From the IMG/VR virus record IMGVR_UViG_3300020474_000993: a stretch of DNA of 64,000 bases, one strand, 5' to 3'. Below, piece after piece: positions 9,747 through 19,866 of the stretch (position 1 is its first letter; each line of letters begins with the position of its first letter). The position numbers and the translations under genes were made by a program. This stretch comes from a virus. The notes beneath the pieces are model-generated. The model was not told the DNA's origin. It searched no databases and saw nothing but the letters and a program-made list of their open reading frames with translations.

Positions 9747-10337
9747 ATGAGTGGATGGGGAGCAACTGATTCAGACGAATCAAAACCAAAGTGGTTAACA
9801 GCAGACCAGAAAGAAGATGTCATTGCTAACTCTAGTGGTTGGGTTGTAAAGGCTGGGTCAACTATGACAGGAAATGGCAGAACTGGTGCCACTCCAGAAG
9901 TTCTAGTTGCACTTGGTTCACTTGCAACTTCACTAGGACAAGCAACTATTGATGCTGTAGATTGGGAGTCAACAACATTTGATGTCTCAGCTGGTGGTCA
10001 GATTATAGTTAATGTTCACTACAATGAGGAAATCACAGTCGCTGGTGCTTCACCTCTAATGTATGTAGAGAACGGTCAAGAAGGTGGCGGTTCAGCATCT
10101 AGTGTTACATTAACAATGGATGGAAGTTTACCGTTTACTGGTGACAAACTTACATTCAGTAATACAATTGGTGCCGGTGGTTCAACGATTTCTGCTGGTG
10201 ATGTTTTAACATTCGCAGCTCAATCGATTAACCTCAACGGTTCTACAATGGTAGACAAAATCGGTGGTGGAAATGCGGAGAGAGCAATCTCAGCTGCACA
10301 ATCAACCGCTGGTGGAACAATTACCGCAGTAGCATAA
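9747..10337 (+). CDS. virion structural protein (head decoration/fibre-like)
   Basis: MSGWGATD start typical of T4-like structural proteins; G/S/T/A-rich beta composition; AGGAG RBS. Confidence 0.6.
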   Translation: MSGWGATDSDESKPKWLTADQKEDVIANSSGWVVKAGSTMTGNGRTGATPEVLVALGSLATSLGQATIDAVDWESTTFDVSAGGQIIVNVHYNEEITVAGASPLMYVENGQEGGGSASSVTLTMDGSLPFTGDKLTFSNTIGAGGSTISAGDVLTFAAQSINLNGSTMVDKIGGGNAERAISAAQSTAGGTITAVA

Positions 10338-10348
10338 GGAGCTGAAAC

Positions 10349-10399
10349 ATGTGTAAATGTTGCAAGTGTTGTACATGTACATGTCCAGAGTGTAACTAA
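10349..10399 (+). CDS. 16-aa Cys-rich micropeptide MCKCCKCCTCTCPECN
   Basis: AAGGAG RBS at 10336; stop overlaps next start (TAATG); not in ORF track. Confidence 0.65.
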   Translation: MCKCCKCCTCTCPECN

Positions 10400-10845
10400 T
10401 GGCTGATAGTAAACTTTCAGAATTAACGGCTGCTACATCTGTAGCAGCCGCTGATACCTTTTATCTAGTACAAAGTTCTACTAGTAAAGGTGTGACAGCT
10501 GCGAATCTATTCGCTGATGTGGCGACACCTGTATCTTTTTCGGATAAGGTATCAATCGCAGACGCGGATACAGTAACAGGGCCAGGCGCAGTCTCAGTCA
10601 CAACGAATGTGACCAGACTGACAAACCCAAGCACAGGTGGTACACTAACCATTGCTGCTGGGACAGAAGGTCAATTGAAAATTATTGTCATGGATGGTAA
10701 TTCTAGTGCAGTGACGCTGACACTGGATGATTCGGACTTAGGTCACGATACCATAACATTCAATAATAAAGGCGATACGGCAACCCTCATATATACTAAT
10801 AGTAAATGGTGGTTGATAGGGGGAACTGCCACAGTCGCTAACTAA
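10399..10845 (+). CDS. virion fibre/structural protein
   Basis: MADSKLSELTAAT fibre-type N-terminus; GD...L.Y...KWW C-terminal domain. Confidence 0.6.
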   Translation: MADSKLSELTAATSVAAADTFYLVQSSTSKGVTAANLFADVATPVSFSDKVSIADADTVTGPGAVSVTTNVTRLTNPSTGGTLTIAAGTEGQLKIIVMDGNSSAVTLTLDDSDLGHDTITFNNKGDTATLIYTNSKWWLIGGTATVAN

Positions 10846-10865
10846 TAATATTAAAAGATTTATGA

Positions 10866-11243
10866 ATGATTGAATTGAATGACGATAATTACCTAGTTTA
10901 TGCATTAAAGAATTACAATAGTCCAGAATGTTCTGGTATGGATGATTTTGAAGAAGATGTAAAGCGGTTTAAATATTTAAAAAGACTGTTTCGTAGATAT
11001 GAAAGAACAGATACTTTAAATGATAGACTAATTCTAAATCATCTAATTGTATTATATAATGTATTTGATAAGGCGGCCACGCCTTTATTGTTTTTTAAAA
11101 TAGATAGAGAACATTGGTCTATATTAAAAACATTTTTGGTATTCTTAAACAGAATGCCTATGGAACAAATAGTCACTGGTGGTGTTAGAGGAGATGATAT
11201 TCAACTCGACATGAAAGTGATAAACATATTAAGGAAAATTTAG
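10866..11243 (+). CDS. conserved T4-like phage hypothetical protein
   Basis: F.ED.KRFKYLKRLF, RLILNH.IVLYNVF motifs conserved in marine T4-likes. Confidence 0.75.
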   Translation: MIELNDDNYLVYALKNYNSPECSGMDDFEEDVKRFKYLKRLFRRYERTDTLNDRLILNHLIVLYNVFDKAATPLLFFKIDREHWSILKTFLVFLNRMPMEQIVTGGVRGDDIQLDMKVINILRKI

Positions 11244-11785
11244 TGTCCAGAATAGTAGACAGTCTTATTGCATATCGAATACTTAGGATGTTCTCGCAAC
11301 CTATTAAGAAACATCCAGCGTATTTGATGGGGATTGTTGATGCAGACGGTAACAAATTAAAAGAACCATCTGGTTCTCAAGAGTTGGATGCCTACACATT
11401 ACTGGACAAACTCGCTTTTAAAATAAAACGAGCTTTAATGAAGTCTCCAGATAGAACTGCCAAGAGACTTCTCACATTTGCTGCCGCTATTGCAATTCTA
11501 CGAGAGAACAAAGATGTAGAAGAAATGCAAGATGGTGAGTTTGAGGCGCTGATTGATTTATATTCACAAGATGACATTGTAATAAAAGAATCAAAAATGT
11601 TAGAAATGGGAAGGACACCTTTCTCCTATTTCGCTTTAAACGAAGAGATTGCAAATGTAGCTGGCCCGATGGGTGGTGGTGCAATTGCTGGGATAGGAAC
11701 TGGCGCTCAAGGCGAGCCTGGCAGGAACCCTAACTTAATGCCTCTTCAACGAAGGAAGAAGAAGAGGCGAGTAAATGGCAAATAG
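11243..11785 (+). CDS. conserved T4-like phage hypothetical protein
   Basis: AY..GIVD..G motif; Gly-rich/basic tail after LNEE. Confidence 0.7.
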   Translation: MSRIVDSLIAYRILRMFSQPIKKHPAYLMGIVDADGNKLKEPSGSQELDAYTLLDKLAFKIKRALMKSPDRTAKRLLTFAAAIAILRENKDVEEMQDGEFEALIDLYSQDDIVIKESKMLEMGRTPFSYFALNEEIANVAGPMGGGAIAGIGTGAQGEPGRNPNLMPLQRRKKKRRVNGK

Positions 11786-12221
11786 TATCGAAACCAAGGT
11801 AGCAGTATTAGAACAAGACCTCAGACAAATGGGTGGATTGTTTGATAGGCTTGATATATCCATAGAAAAAATCACAGAACTAAATATTAGTATAAAGGAA
11901 GTTTTGGCGGTGCATGAACAAAGGATAACTGCCACGGAGGTAGACATAGAGAGAACATACGATACATTTGAGGAAAAGTACGAACAATTACACTCTCGTA
12001 TATCAACAGTAAACCGAGAGATATCTAAAGAACTCAAAGACAATACTGCTTCCGTACAGGATGCATTGAAGGATATTACTGCTTTAATATCAGAACACGC
12101 GAGTCAGCATGACGATAGAATAAGGGCACTTGAGAAGAGACAATGGATGATGATGGGTGCTGCTGCTGTTTTGGGCTTTCTAATAGGCAATACCGAGTTT
12201 TTCCAACTCATTTTTTCTTAA
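11775..12221 (+). CDS. coiled-coil protein with C-terminal TM helix
   Basis: Heptads then LEKRQWMMMGAAAVLGFLIG. Confidence 0.7.
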   Translation: MANSIETKVAVLEQDLRQMGGLFDRLDISIEKITELNISIKEVLAVHEQRITATEVDIERTYDTFEEKYEQLHSRISTVNREISKELKDNTASVQDALKDITALISEHASQHDDRIRALEKRQWMMMGAAAVLGFLIGNTEFFQLIFS

Positions 12222-12238
12222 AATAATTAAAAAAAGAC

Positions 12239-12267
12239 TTGACATTTGGCCTAGTCTGGCGTATAAT
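12239..12267 (+). promoter_or_regulatory. sigma70-type promoter of primase
   Basis: TTGACA-17-TATAAT. Confidence 0.8.
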
Positions 12268-12277
12268 GTACCATATT

Positions 12278-13321
12278 ATGATTTATGTAGATGTGAAATA
12301 TATAAACTTGATATCTCATCACTTTGAGAAATTCAAGAAAAAGAATGATTATCTTTGGAATGTAAGATGCCCGTTCTGTGGCGATTCACGCAAAAATCTC
12401 AACAAAATGCGTGGATATTTTTTCCGCAAAGAAAACAATATGATATACAAGTGTCATAACTGTGGTTTTGGCGCAAGTATTAATACTGTGCTCAAGGAAC
12501 TTGCTCCCACAACGCACAAGGAATATTGTCTTGAAAAATTCGGTTCAAATGAGAACAAGAATTGGGAACCCACAGGTGCAAACTGGACACCAAATGGCCA
12601 TAAATTGTTTGATGACAAACCAGTAGAACCACCAAAATTCACACCAAAATTTAGTTTATTTGATAAACTTGTGGACAGATTGGATACCCTTCCATATGAC
12701 CACGAGGCAGTTCAATATGTGCAAAGTAGAAATATCCCAAATGATAAATGGGATCGACTTTACTATATTGATAATATAAAGAATATAGTACAACTCAACG
12801 ACAAGTATCAAAAATCGATAGTAACCGAAGAACCCAGATTGGTCATCCCCTTCTTTGACCAAGATGGACAGTTGATGTCGGTGTCGCTGAGGGCTATGAG
12901 AGGGGAAACACTGAGGTACATTCTCGTAAAAATTAAAGAGGATGCGCCTACAGTATTTGGTTTAGATAAAGTTAATATGTCTAAACCTATATCGGTTGTT
13001 GAAGGCCCGCTAGACAGTCTGTTTCTTGAAAACAGTATTGCCTGTTCGGGAACATCCTTCAACAAAATTGATGAATTGGGTATTGACCGTGATAAAATTA
13101 CAATCATATTCGACAATCAACCAAGAAACAAAGATGTTGTAAAATTGGTTGAAAAGTATGTTGACATGGATTATAATGTTGTCATATGGCCAGACCCATT
13201 GACTCAAAAAGATATAAATGATATGGTGAACGATGGTATTGATGTACGCGATATAATTAGTTGTAATACACACAGTGGACTCACTGCCAAGTTTTTGTTA
13301 AACCAATGGAAAAAATGTTAG
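12278..13321 (+). CDS. 61: DNA primase (T4 gp61)
   Basis: CPFCGDS...CHNC zinc finger, VEGPLDSLF and FDN TOPRIM motifs, KDINDM; start moved to ATG downstream of promoter. Confidence 0.95.
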   Translation: MIYVDVKYINLISHHFEKFKKKNDYLWNVRCPFCGDSRKNLNKMRGYFFRKENNMIYKCHNCGFGASINTVLKELAPTTHKEYCLEKFGSNENKNWEPTGANWTPNGHKLFDDKPVEPPKFTPKFSLFDKLVDRLDTLPYDHEAVQYVQSRNIPNDKWDRLYYIDNIKNIVQLNDKYQKSIVTEEPRLVIPFFDQDGQLMSVSLRAMRGETLRYILVKIKEDAPTVFGLDKVNMSKPISVVEGPLDSLFLENSIACSGTSFNKIDELGIDRDKITIIFDNQPRNKDVVKLVEKYVDMDYNVVIWPDPLTQKDINDMVNDGIDVRDIISCNTHSGLTAKFLLNQWKKC

Positions 13322-13326
13322 GAGCA

Positions 13327-13677
13327 ATGATGGAAAACCAAGTAATAAATCTAGTTGATGGGTCTATATTTCTGGGTGTTCTTGTAGTTCTTGCGCTTAT
13401 CTCTGGCATTTTTGTTAGACAATCTAAACAAGCAGAAGACAAGGTTAAAACTTTTAAAGATAAGTTAGCTGAACAGTCTGCAAAGGTTGATAAGAGTGTA
13501 CACGGTGTTAGTGTATCTGCTTTCAAACTAGAAGAGTTAGAAAAGTTAACAAAAGTTAAGTTAGATGAGTTTGGTGAAGCTAAAGGTATTAAGCTTGACC
13601 GTAGGAAGACTAAAAAGAACATGATTGAAGATTTACTTAATTCAATTGATGGTAGTAATCACAAACTAGGAAAATAA
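13327..13677 (+). CDS. membrane-anchored protein with C-terminal Rho-N/HeH-like domain
   Basis: TM helix; LEKLTKVKL...GIKLDRRKTK..MI. Confidence 0.6.
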   Translation: MMENQVINLVDGSIFLGVLVVLALISGIFVRQSKQAEDKVKTFKDKLAEQSAKVDKSVHGVSVSAFKLEELEKLTKVKLDEFGEAKGIKLDRRKTKKNMIEDLLNSIDGSNHKLGK

Positions 13678-13680
13678 TAT

Positions 13681-14352
13681 ATGTTATCGAATGTGAGTTT
13701 GGTTGGGGTGACCCAACCTTCTGCTGCTACTGGATGTCGAACCGCAAATGAATTAATCGCATATGCGGCTAGAGTCAGTAACCCAGAAAATCAAGCGAAC
13801 ACCAAAACCGCACCAAAGTTATTGGCTTATCTTATTAAGCACGAACATTGGTCACCCTTTGAAATAGTATCCTTGACAATGGAAATTAAAACAACAAGAG
13901 ATATCGGTAGACAAATACTGAGACATCGTAGTTTTGCTTTTCAAGAGTTTAGTCAGAGATACGCAGTGTCAGAGGATTTTGAAACCAGAGATACAAGAAT
14001 ACAAGACGAAAAAAATCGACAGAATTCTATTGAGACAGATGATAATCATCTCAAAGAACAATGGAGTATGAAACAGGCGAAAGTAATACATGAAGCTAAA
14101 AAGTCCTATAAATGGGCGCTTGATAATGGTATTGCGAAAGAACAGGCTAGAGCAGTTCTACCAGAAGGTAATACTCTTACCACCATATACATGGCTGGTA
14201 CATTGAGGTCTTGGATTCATTATTGTGGTCTTAGAGGTGGGCATGGTACACAGTTAGAACACACACAGATAGCTAATTTATGTTGGAGTGTCATTGAAAC
14301 CCATTTCCCAGATGTAGTAAAGGCAGTGAACGATGCGAGACAAAGCGACTAG
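13681..14352 (+). CDS. thyX: FAD-dependent thymidylate synthase
   Basis: HWSPFE, RHRSF.FQEFSQRY, EQARAVLP. Confidence 0.97.
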   Translation: MLSNVSLVGVTQPSAATGCRTANELIAYAARVSNPENQANTKTAPKLLAYLIKHEHWSPFEIVSLTMEIKTTRDIGRQILRHRSFAFQEFSQRYAVSEDFETRDTRIQDEKNRQNSIETDDNHLKEQWSMKQAKVIHEAKKSYKWALDNGIAKEQARAVLPEGNTLTTIYMAGTLRSWIHYCGLRGGHGTQLEHTQIANLCWSVIETHFPDVVKAVNDARQSD

Positions 14353-15172
14353 TAGATATAAAGCATTCGAGCGTATATTTTTTGGTAAAACAGAAGATGA
14401 AGATAAACATGTAGAATCGGTGAACGGTAGAATTCCATATGCTTTTGGTTGGAATAGAAAACTAAATGAACCTAGTAGACAGAAGTTTAGTTCTACTGAT
14501 AGTGAAGATGCTTGGGAGTCTAATTTAAAAAACCAGAAAGACCTTTTGGAAAAGTATGGTTGGTTGGACACGGAAGTTTATTATGATTTAAACTCTCATG
14601 GTTATCGTGATGAAGAGTTTAAGGAGTCGCCAAACTCTATTGTTGCTGCTGGTGAGTGTTTCACATACGCGACAGGATTACCAATAGAGATGTCATGGCC
14701 ATATCTTTTAGGGAAAGAACTTGACACTAAGATATGGAACTTGGCATTATGTACTACAGGACTTGATGTTACTTTCAGAAGTCTGCTGAGTTGGTTGCCT
14801 GTAATAAAACCCAAGATGGTTCTATTATTGGAGAACAGTCAATTGGGTAGGGAAGTGTGGTACATAGATGAAGAGAAGGATGAGTGGAATACACAAATTG
14901 GATTTTGGTCTGACTATGACTGGCAAAAAGAATTGGTAGAATCTAAGACAGAGAGATTTATATCAAGACAAAAGAATTTACTTGCCATAAAACAGTTGTG
15001 TCAAATACACGATATAGAGTTGAAAATCGTATCTGCAAGAGAAAGGAATGAGATAGGGTTATCAAATTGGAACGAACATAAAGAAGAAAGATATGCATTG
15101 TCTAGGGATTTAATGCACCCAGGCCTTGCATTTCATGAAGCTATAGCGGAACGCTGGAAAAAGGAACTATAA
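14333..15172 (+). CDS. SGNH-like hypothetical protein
   Basis: NSHGYR.EEF, GECFTY, WP, NLA, D.MHPG. Confidence 0.6.
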   Translation: MRDKATSRYKAFERIFFGKTEDEDKHVESVNGRIPYAFGWNRKLNEPSRQKFSSTDSEDAWESNLKNQKDLLEKYGWLDTEVYYDLNSHGYRDEEFKESPNSIVAAGECFTYATGLPIEMSWPYLLGKELDTKIWNLALCTTGLDVTFRSLLSWLPVIKPKMVLLLENSQLGREVWYIDEEKDEWNTQIGFWSDYDWQKELVESKTERFISRQKNLLAIKQLCQIHDIELKIVSARERNEIGLSNWNEHKEERYALSRDLMHPGLAFHEAIAERWKKEL

Positions 15173-16971
15173 TGGCGACAGAAGATTATTTAGGAATTAG
15201 GATAGACAAAGAGAGAGACCAATTATTTGATAAATTGGGTATCCAGCGTCTACAAGAAAGTTACATGAAAGAGGACGAAGACAGTCCACAACAGAGGTTT
15301 GCTTTTGTGAGCAAACAATTCTCATCAAATGATGAACACGCACAGAGATTATATGATTACGCGAGTAAACATTGGTTGTCTTACTCTACACCTATCCTAT
15401 CATTTGGTAGGTCTAAAAAAGGTCTGCCTATTTCATGTTTTCTCAATTATATAAACGATACAGCGGAGGGATTAGTTGAAAATTTATCGGAAACAAATTG
15501 GCTTAGTATGCTTGGTGGCGGTGTTGGTATTGGGTTTGGTATCCGAGCTAGCGATGATAAGTCTACTGGTGTCTTGCCACACCTCAAAACATATGACTCA
15601 AGTAGTCTGGCATACAGACAGGGTAGAACACGAAGGGGTAGTTATGCCGCTTACCTCGACATTAGTCACCCCGATATTACAATGTTTCTCGAAATGCGTA
15701 AACCAACAGGAGACCAAAACCTTAGATGCCTAAATTTACACCACGGTGTAAACATTAGTGATAGGTTTATGGAAATAATTGAACGGTGTATGTCAGACCC
15801 AACTGCTGATGATAGGTGGAACTTGACAGACCCACATACAGGTGAGGTAAGAGACACGGTATCAGCAAAAGCATTATGGCAAAAGATACTAGAGATGAGA
15901 ATGGAAACAGGTGAACCTTATTTACATTTTGTTGATGCTAGTAATCGTGGACTACCAGAGTGGTTGAAAGAAAAAGGATTAAAAATTAGTCAATCTAATC
16001 TTTGTTCAGAGATTATACTACCAACAAATGAAAATAGAACTGCCGTGTGTTGTCTCTCATCTGTTAACTTAGAACACTATGACGCATGGTCAAAAAGTAC
16101 CACATTCTTAAAAGATGTGGCAGAGATGCTGGATAATGTATTACAGTATTTCATTGAGAACGCACCACCTACAGTTTCTAGGGCAGTTTATTCTGCCAAA
16201 CAAGAACGCAGTATAGGTATTGGTGCTTTGGGATTCCATGCTTACCTACAGAAGAACAGTATTCCATTTGAGGGTTTCATGGCGAAATCCACTAATATAA
16301 GAATGTTTAAATTAATAAGAGGAAAACTTGATGAAGCAAACTTGGACTTGGGTAAAGAAAGAGGGGAGGCTATTGATGCGAAGGGGACAGGAAGAAGATT
16401 TAGCCATGTTATGGCTATCGCTCCTAATGCTAGTAGTTCTATTATTATGGGAAACACCTCGCCGTCTATTGAACCTTATCGTGCAAACGCTTACCGACAA
16501 GACACATTATCGGGAGCGTATCTCAATAAGAATAAGCATCTTGATGTTATCATTAAAGATAAATGCGAAGAAAATAAAAGACTCAATTACGACCAGATTT
16601 GGTCATCAATAATTGCTAATGATGGTTCAGTACAACATGTGCCATGCCTTGACAACAAAGAAAAAGAAGTATACAAAACTGCCATGGAAATTGACCAACG
16701 ATGGGTAGTAGAACACGCATCTACTAGACAGGAATGGATTGACCAAGGACAGTCAGTTAATCTATTCTTTAGACCAGATGTCAACATTAAATATTTACAT
16801 GCAATACATTATCTAGCGTGGAAACAGGGCATGAAAACTTTATATTACTGTAGGTCTGAGAAGTTGGGGAAAGCAGACAAGGTATCTAAACGCATAGAAA
16901 GAGAAGTAATCAAAGAGATTGATTTTCAGAGTATGATAGCTGGTGAAGACTGTGTTGCTTGCGAAGGATAA
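15172..16971 (+). CDS. nrdA: ribonucleotide reductase class Ia alpha subunit
   Basis: ISCF, SNLCSEI, AIAPNASSS, TLYY, C-terminal CVACEG. Confidence 0.97.
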   Translation: MATEDYLGIRIDKERDQLFDKLGIQRLQESYMKEDEDSPQQRFAFVSKQFSSNDEHAQRLYDYASKHWLSYSTPILSFGRSKKGLPISCFLNYINDTAEGLVENLSETNWLSMLGGGVGIGFGIRASDDKSTGVLPHLKTYDSSSLAYRQGRTRRGSYAAYLDISHPDITMFLEMRKPTGDQNLRCLNLHHGVNISDRFMEIIERCMSDPTADDRWNLTDPHTGEVRDTVSAKALWQKILEMRMETGEPYLHFVDASNRGLPEWLKEKGLKISQSNLCSEIILPTNENRTAVCCLSSVNLEHYDAWSKSTTFLKDVAEMLDNVLQYFIENAPPTVSRAVYSAKQERSIGIGALGFHAYLQKNSIPFEGFMAKSTNIRMFKLIRGKLDEANLDLGKERGEAIDAKGTGRRFSHVMAIAPNASSSIIMGNTSPSIEPYRANAYRQDTLSGAYLNKNKHLDVIIKDKCEENKRLNYDQIWSSIIANDGSVQHVPCLDNKEKEVYKTAMEIDQRWVVEHASTRQEWIDQGQSVNLFFRPDVNIKYLHAIHYLAWKQGMKTLYYCRSEKLGKADKVSKRIEREVIKEIDFQSMIAGEDCVACEG

Positions 16972-17581
16972 GTTAGAAAAAGACATACCACTAAATAAAA
17001 GGATTGCAGTTTTATTAAGTGGTGGATGGGACAGTGCTGTTATGTGGTACATGGTCAAATCTATATGTATGGAACGCAATCAAGAATGTAACCCCTTTAC
17101 CGTACCGAAGATAGATGGTGCGGAACATTATGCTAATAAGGTCTTAGAATGGTCTTCAGACCGTCTAGGACACGCTCTAATGACTACAACTTTAGTCGGG
17201 GATGTATCATCCGATAATCCTTCAGACTATGTTACAAGTGGTGGTTGGGATATATGGAACAGGGGTTTGGGAGAACATTTATTCAGTGCAGTAAATGCTT
17301 ATCCACCTAATCAGAGGTCTATGTTACCAGAGGGTTATCCCTTACCCAATGATAGATTTCAAAAAACAGATGAACATAAACATTTGAGTCAACCTTTTGC
17401 TGAATTAACAAAAGATGCAATAGTACAGTTGGGGTTTGACTTAGGTATAGCGAATGAAATTGCGCCCATTACGCATAGTTGTACCGAATTAAATAGAGGT
17501 AGATGTAATAACTGCTGGTGGTGTAAAGAAAGAGAATGGGCATTTAAACAAATTGGACAGGAAGATATTGGAGAGAATTGA
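16943..17581 (+). CDS. QueC-like PP-loop ATPase
   Basis: LLSGGWDS PP-loop; THSC...CNNCWWC.ER..AF Zn motif. Confidence 0.75.
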   Translation: MKTVLLAKDKLEKDIPLNKRIAVLLSGGWDSAVMWYMVKSICMERNQECNPFTVPKIDGAEHYANKVLEWSSDRLGHALMTTTLVGDVSSDNPSDYVTSGGWDIWNRGLGEHLFSAVNAYPPNQRSMLPEGYPLPNDRFQKTDEHKHLSQPFAELTKDAIVQLGFDLGIANEIAPITHSCTELNRGRCNNCWWCKEREWAFKQIGQEDIGEN

Positions 17582-18570
17582 TGGCCCCTAAACAAGATTT
17601 AACAAGTAAAAGAGAATATTTTAAACCATTTAATTACCCTTGGGCTTATGATGCATGGTTAAAACACGAGCAATCTCATTGGTTGCACACAGAGGTTCCT
17701 ATGGCAGAAGATGTCAAGGATTGGAAAGAACGATTGACAACTAATGAGAAATCATTTCTTACGAATATATTTCGATTTTTTACACAAGGTGATATAGATG
17801 TGGCAGATGGGTATGTAACTAATTACCTACCATATTTTCCACAACCAGAGGTACGAATGATGTTGTCTGGATTTGCCGCTAGAGAAGCATTACATGTTGC
17901 CGCCTACTCACACTTAATAGAAACCCTTGGGATGCCCGAGAGTACATACAGTGAGTTCTTGGAGTATCAAGCAATGGCAGATAAACATGAGTACTTCATG
18001 GACTTATCAAAAGCAAATGGAACAAAAGAAAGTGTTGCTACAAACATCGCCGCCTTTAGTGCATTTACTGAGGGTATGCAATTGTTCTCTTCATTTATCA
18101 TGTTGTTGAACTTCCCACGCCACGGTAAAATGAAAGGTATGGGTCAGATTGTTACATGGTCTATTGTAGATGAAACTATGCACGCTGAGTCTATGATTAA
18201 GTTGTTTAGGACATACATAGAGGAGAACAGGTCACTATGGAAAGATTCTCTCAAGAAAGAAATATATACTATTGCCGAGAACATGGTGGAACTAGAGGAA
18301 AAGTTTATTGACCTTGCATTTGCTATGGGCCCGATGGAGAATCTAAAACCAGAAGATGTTAAAACATACATTCGATACATTGCAGACAGGAGACTTATTA
18401 GTTTAGGTATGAGAGGAATATTCAAAGTAAAACGCAATCCGCTACTGTGGGTTGAGGAAATGATTAACGCACCGACACATACAAACTTCTTTGAAAATAG
18501 AGCAACAGACTACGCTAGGGGGGCGCTTCAAGGTAAGTGGGATGATGTTTGGGGAACAGCGGCACAATAA
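17581..18570 (+). CDS. nrdB: ribonucleotide reductase class Ia beta subunit
   Basis: FFTQGD, EALH..AY (radical Tyr), EGMQLF, DETMH, NFFE. Confidence 0.97.
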   Translation: MAPKQDLTSKREYFKPFNYPWAYDAWLKHEQSHWLHTEVPMAEDVKDWKERLTTNEKSFLTNIFRFFTQGDIDVADGYVTNYLPYFPQPEVRMMLSGFAAREALHVAAYSHLIETLGMPESTYSEFLEYQAMADKHEYFMDLSKANGTKESVATNIAAFSAFTEGMQLFSSFIMLLNFPRHGKMKGMGQIVTWSIVDETMHAESMIKLFRTYIEENRSLWKDSLKKEIYTIAENMVELEEKFIDLAFAMGPMENLKPEDVKTYIRYIADRRLISLGMRGIFKVKRNPLLWVEEMINAPTHTNFFENRATDYARGALQGKWDDVWGTAAQ

Positions 18571-18752
18571 TGTCAGACCCTTCAAAGATAATAGAATGTG
18601 AAAGTTGTGATGCAGTTTACAGGATTAAACATGATATGTCAGTGTCGCATTATCGCGTGACATATTGTACATTTTGTGGTTCTAGGTTAGAACTTGAAGA
18701 AGAATTAGAACAAGAAGATTGGGATAAAGAGGAAGTATTAGAGGATTGGTAA
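18570..18752 (+). CDS. small zinc-ribbon protein with acidic tail
   Basis: CESC...CTFCG; TAATG coupling to nrdB. Confidence 0.7.
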   Translation: MSDPSKIIECESCDAVYRIKHDMSVSHYRVTYCTFCGSRLELEEELEQEDWDKEEVLEDW

Positions 18753-19183
18753 TGGATAAGTTTGACAAAGCGCATATGCAGACTGCTAAAGTATATGCTA
18801 AATTGTCACCAGCAAGAAGACTAAAAGTTGGTGCGATTTTGGTTAGAGAAGGTAGGATTATTTCGATAGGATATAACGGTACACCTTCTGGATGGGACAA
18901 TGATTGTGAATATGCTAAACGAGGTGCATTGACAGGAAACATCGTGGAGTTGGTTACTAAACCAGAAGTCTTACACGCGGAGACAAATGCAATTGCTAAG
19001 GTTGCTAGGTCTACAGAGAGTGCTGAGGGTTCGGTGTTGTATACTACACACGCACCATGTTTGGAATGTTCTAAATTGATATATCAGTCTGGTATAGTTT
19101 CAGTTTATTACGAAAAAGAATACAGGTCACAGGAAGGAATTAAGTTTTTAAAGAAATCTGGAATCCCAGTTTTCAATATGTAG
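18752..19183 (+). CDS. cd: dCMP deaminase
   Basis: GYNG, HAE.NAI, PCLEC. Confidence 0.93.
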   Translation: MDKFDKAHMQTAKVYAKLSPARRLKVGAILVREGRIISIGYNGTPSGWDNDCEYAKRGALTGNIVELVTKPEVLHAETNAIAKVARSTESAEGSVLYTTHAPCLECSKLIYQSGIVSVYYEKEYRSQEGIKFLKKSGIPVFNM

Positions 19184-19191
19184 GAGAAATA

Positions 19192-19866
19192 ATGGAAGTA
19201 GAATTTTATGGGTACGAGTTGAAACATGATGAAAGTTGTTTTACACCAACAACAATAACAAAGTACACAGCAATTAATGTGCCGGTGGAAGGCAAGAAGG
19301 TATTAGACCTTGGGTGTGGTATTGGCCCACTTGCCATATACTACGCTAAAAATGGTGCTGAATCGGTGACTGCTGTTGATGTGTATGATAAACACTGTTA
19401 CTACACAATGATTAATTCTGCTACTAATAATGTTCAAGACAAAGTAAAAGTTGTACAGAGTGATTTGTTTGAAAACATTGATGAGAAATTTGATATCATA
19501 TCATGTGATGTATCTGGTGTAGACAGGAGAGTTGCAGAAATGACAGGTTGGTTTCCAAATGGAGTACCAACCGCAGACGAAACAGGTGCAGATATAATAT
19601 GCCGTGCAATCAAAGATGCCCCCAATTATCTAAATGAGGGTGGTGATTTTTATTTGTGTACTGCTCAGTTTTCAGACTTACAAAAGATACAAGTACAGAT
19701 GGCCCAGACTCAAGGGTTGAATCAAGGGGAGAAAGTATTTGAGAAGTCTATACCTTTTTCAAGACGGTTGTTAGAAAATATAGATAACCTAGACCCCAAA
19801 CATTACAATAAGAAAGGGTCAAGATATTTTTGGAACTTTGGTTTATGGCGCATGGGATTGTTGTGA
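19192..19866 (+). CDS. class I SAM methyltransferase (HemK/MTS-like)
   Basis: VLDLGCGIG, SDLFE; DVSG in place of NPPY. Confidence 0.85.
   Translation: MEVEFYGYELKHDESCFTPTTITKYTAINVPVEGKKVLDLGCGIGPLAIYYAKNGAESVTAVDVYDKHCYYTMINSATNNVQDKVKVVQSDLFENIDEKFDIISCDVSGVDRRVAEMTGWFPNGVPTADETGADIICRAIKDAPNYLNEGGDFYLCTAQFSDLQKIQVQMAQTQGLNQGEKVFEKSIPFSRRLLENIDNLDPKHYNKKGSRYFWNFGLWRMGLL

Noticed and set aside
15172-18570. Introns or inteins in nrdA/nrdB
   Set aside because: Both ORFs are continuous and of compact length with all motifs present
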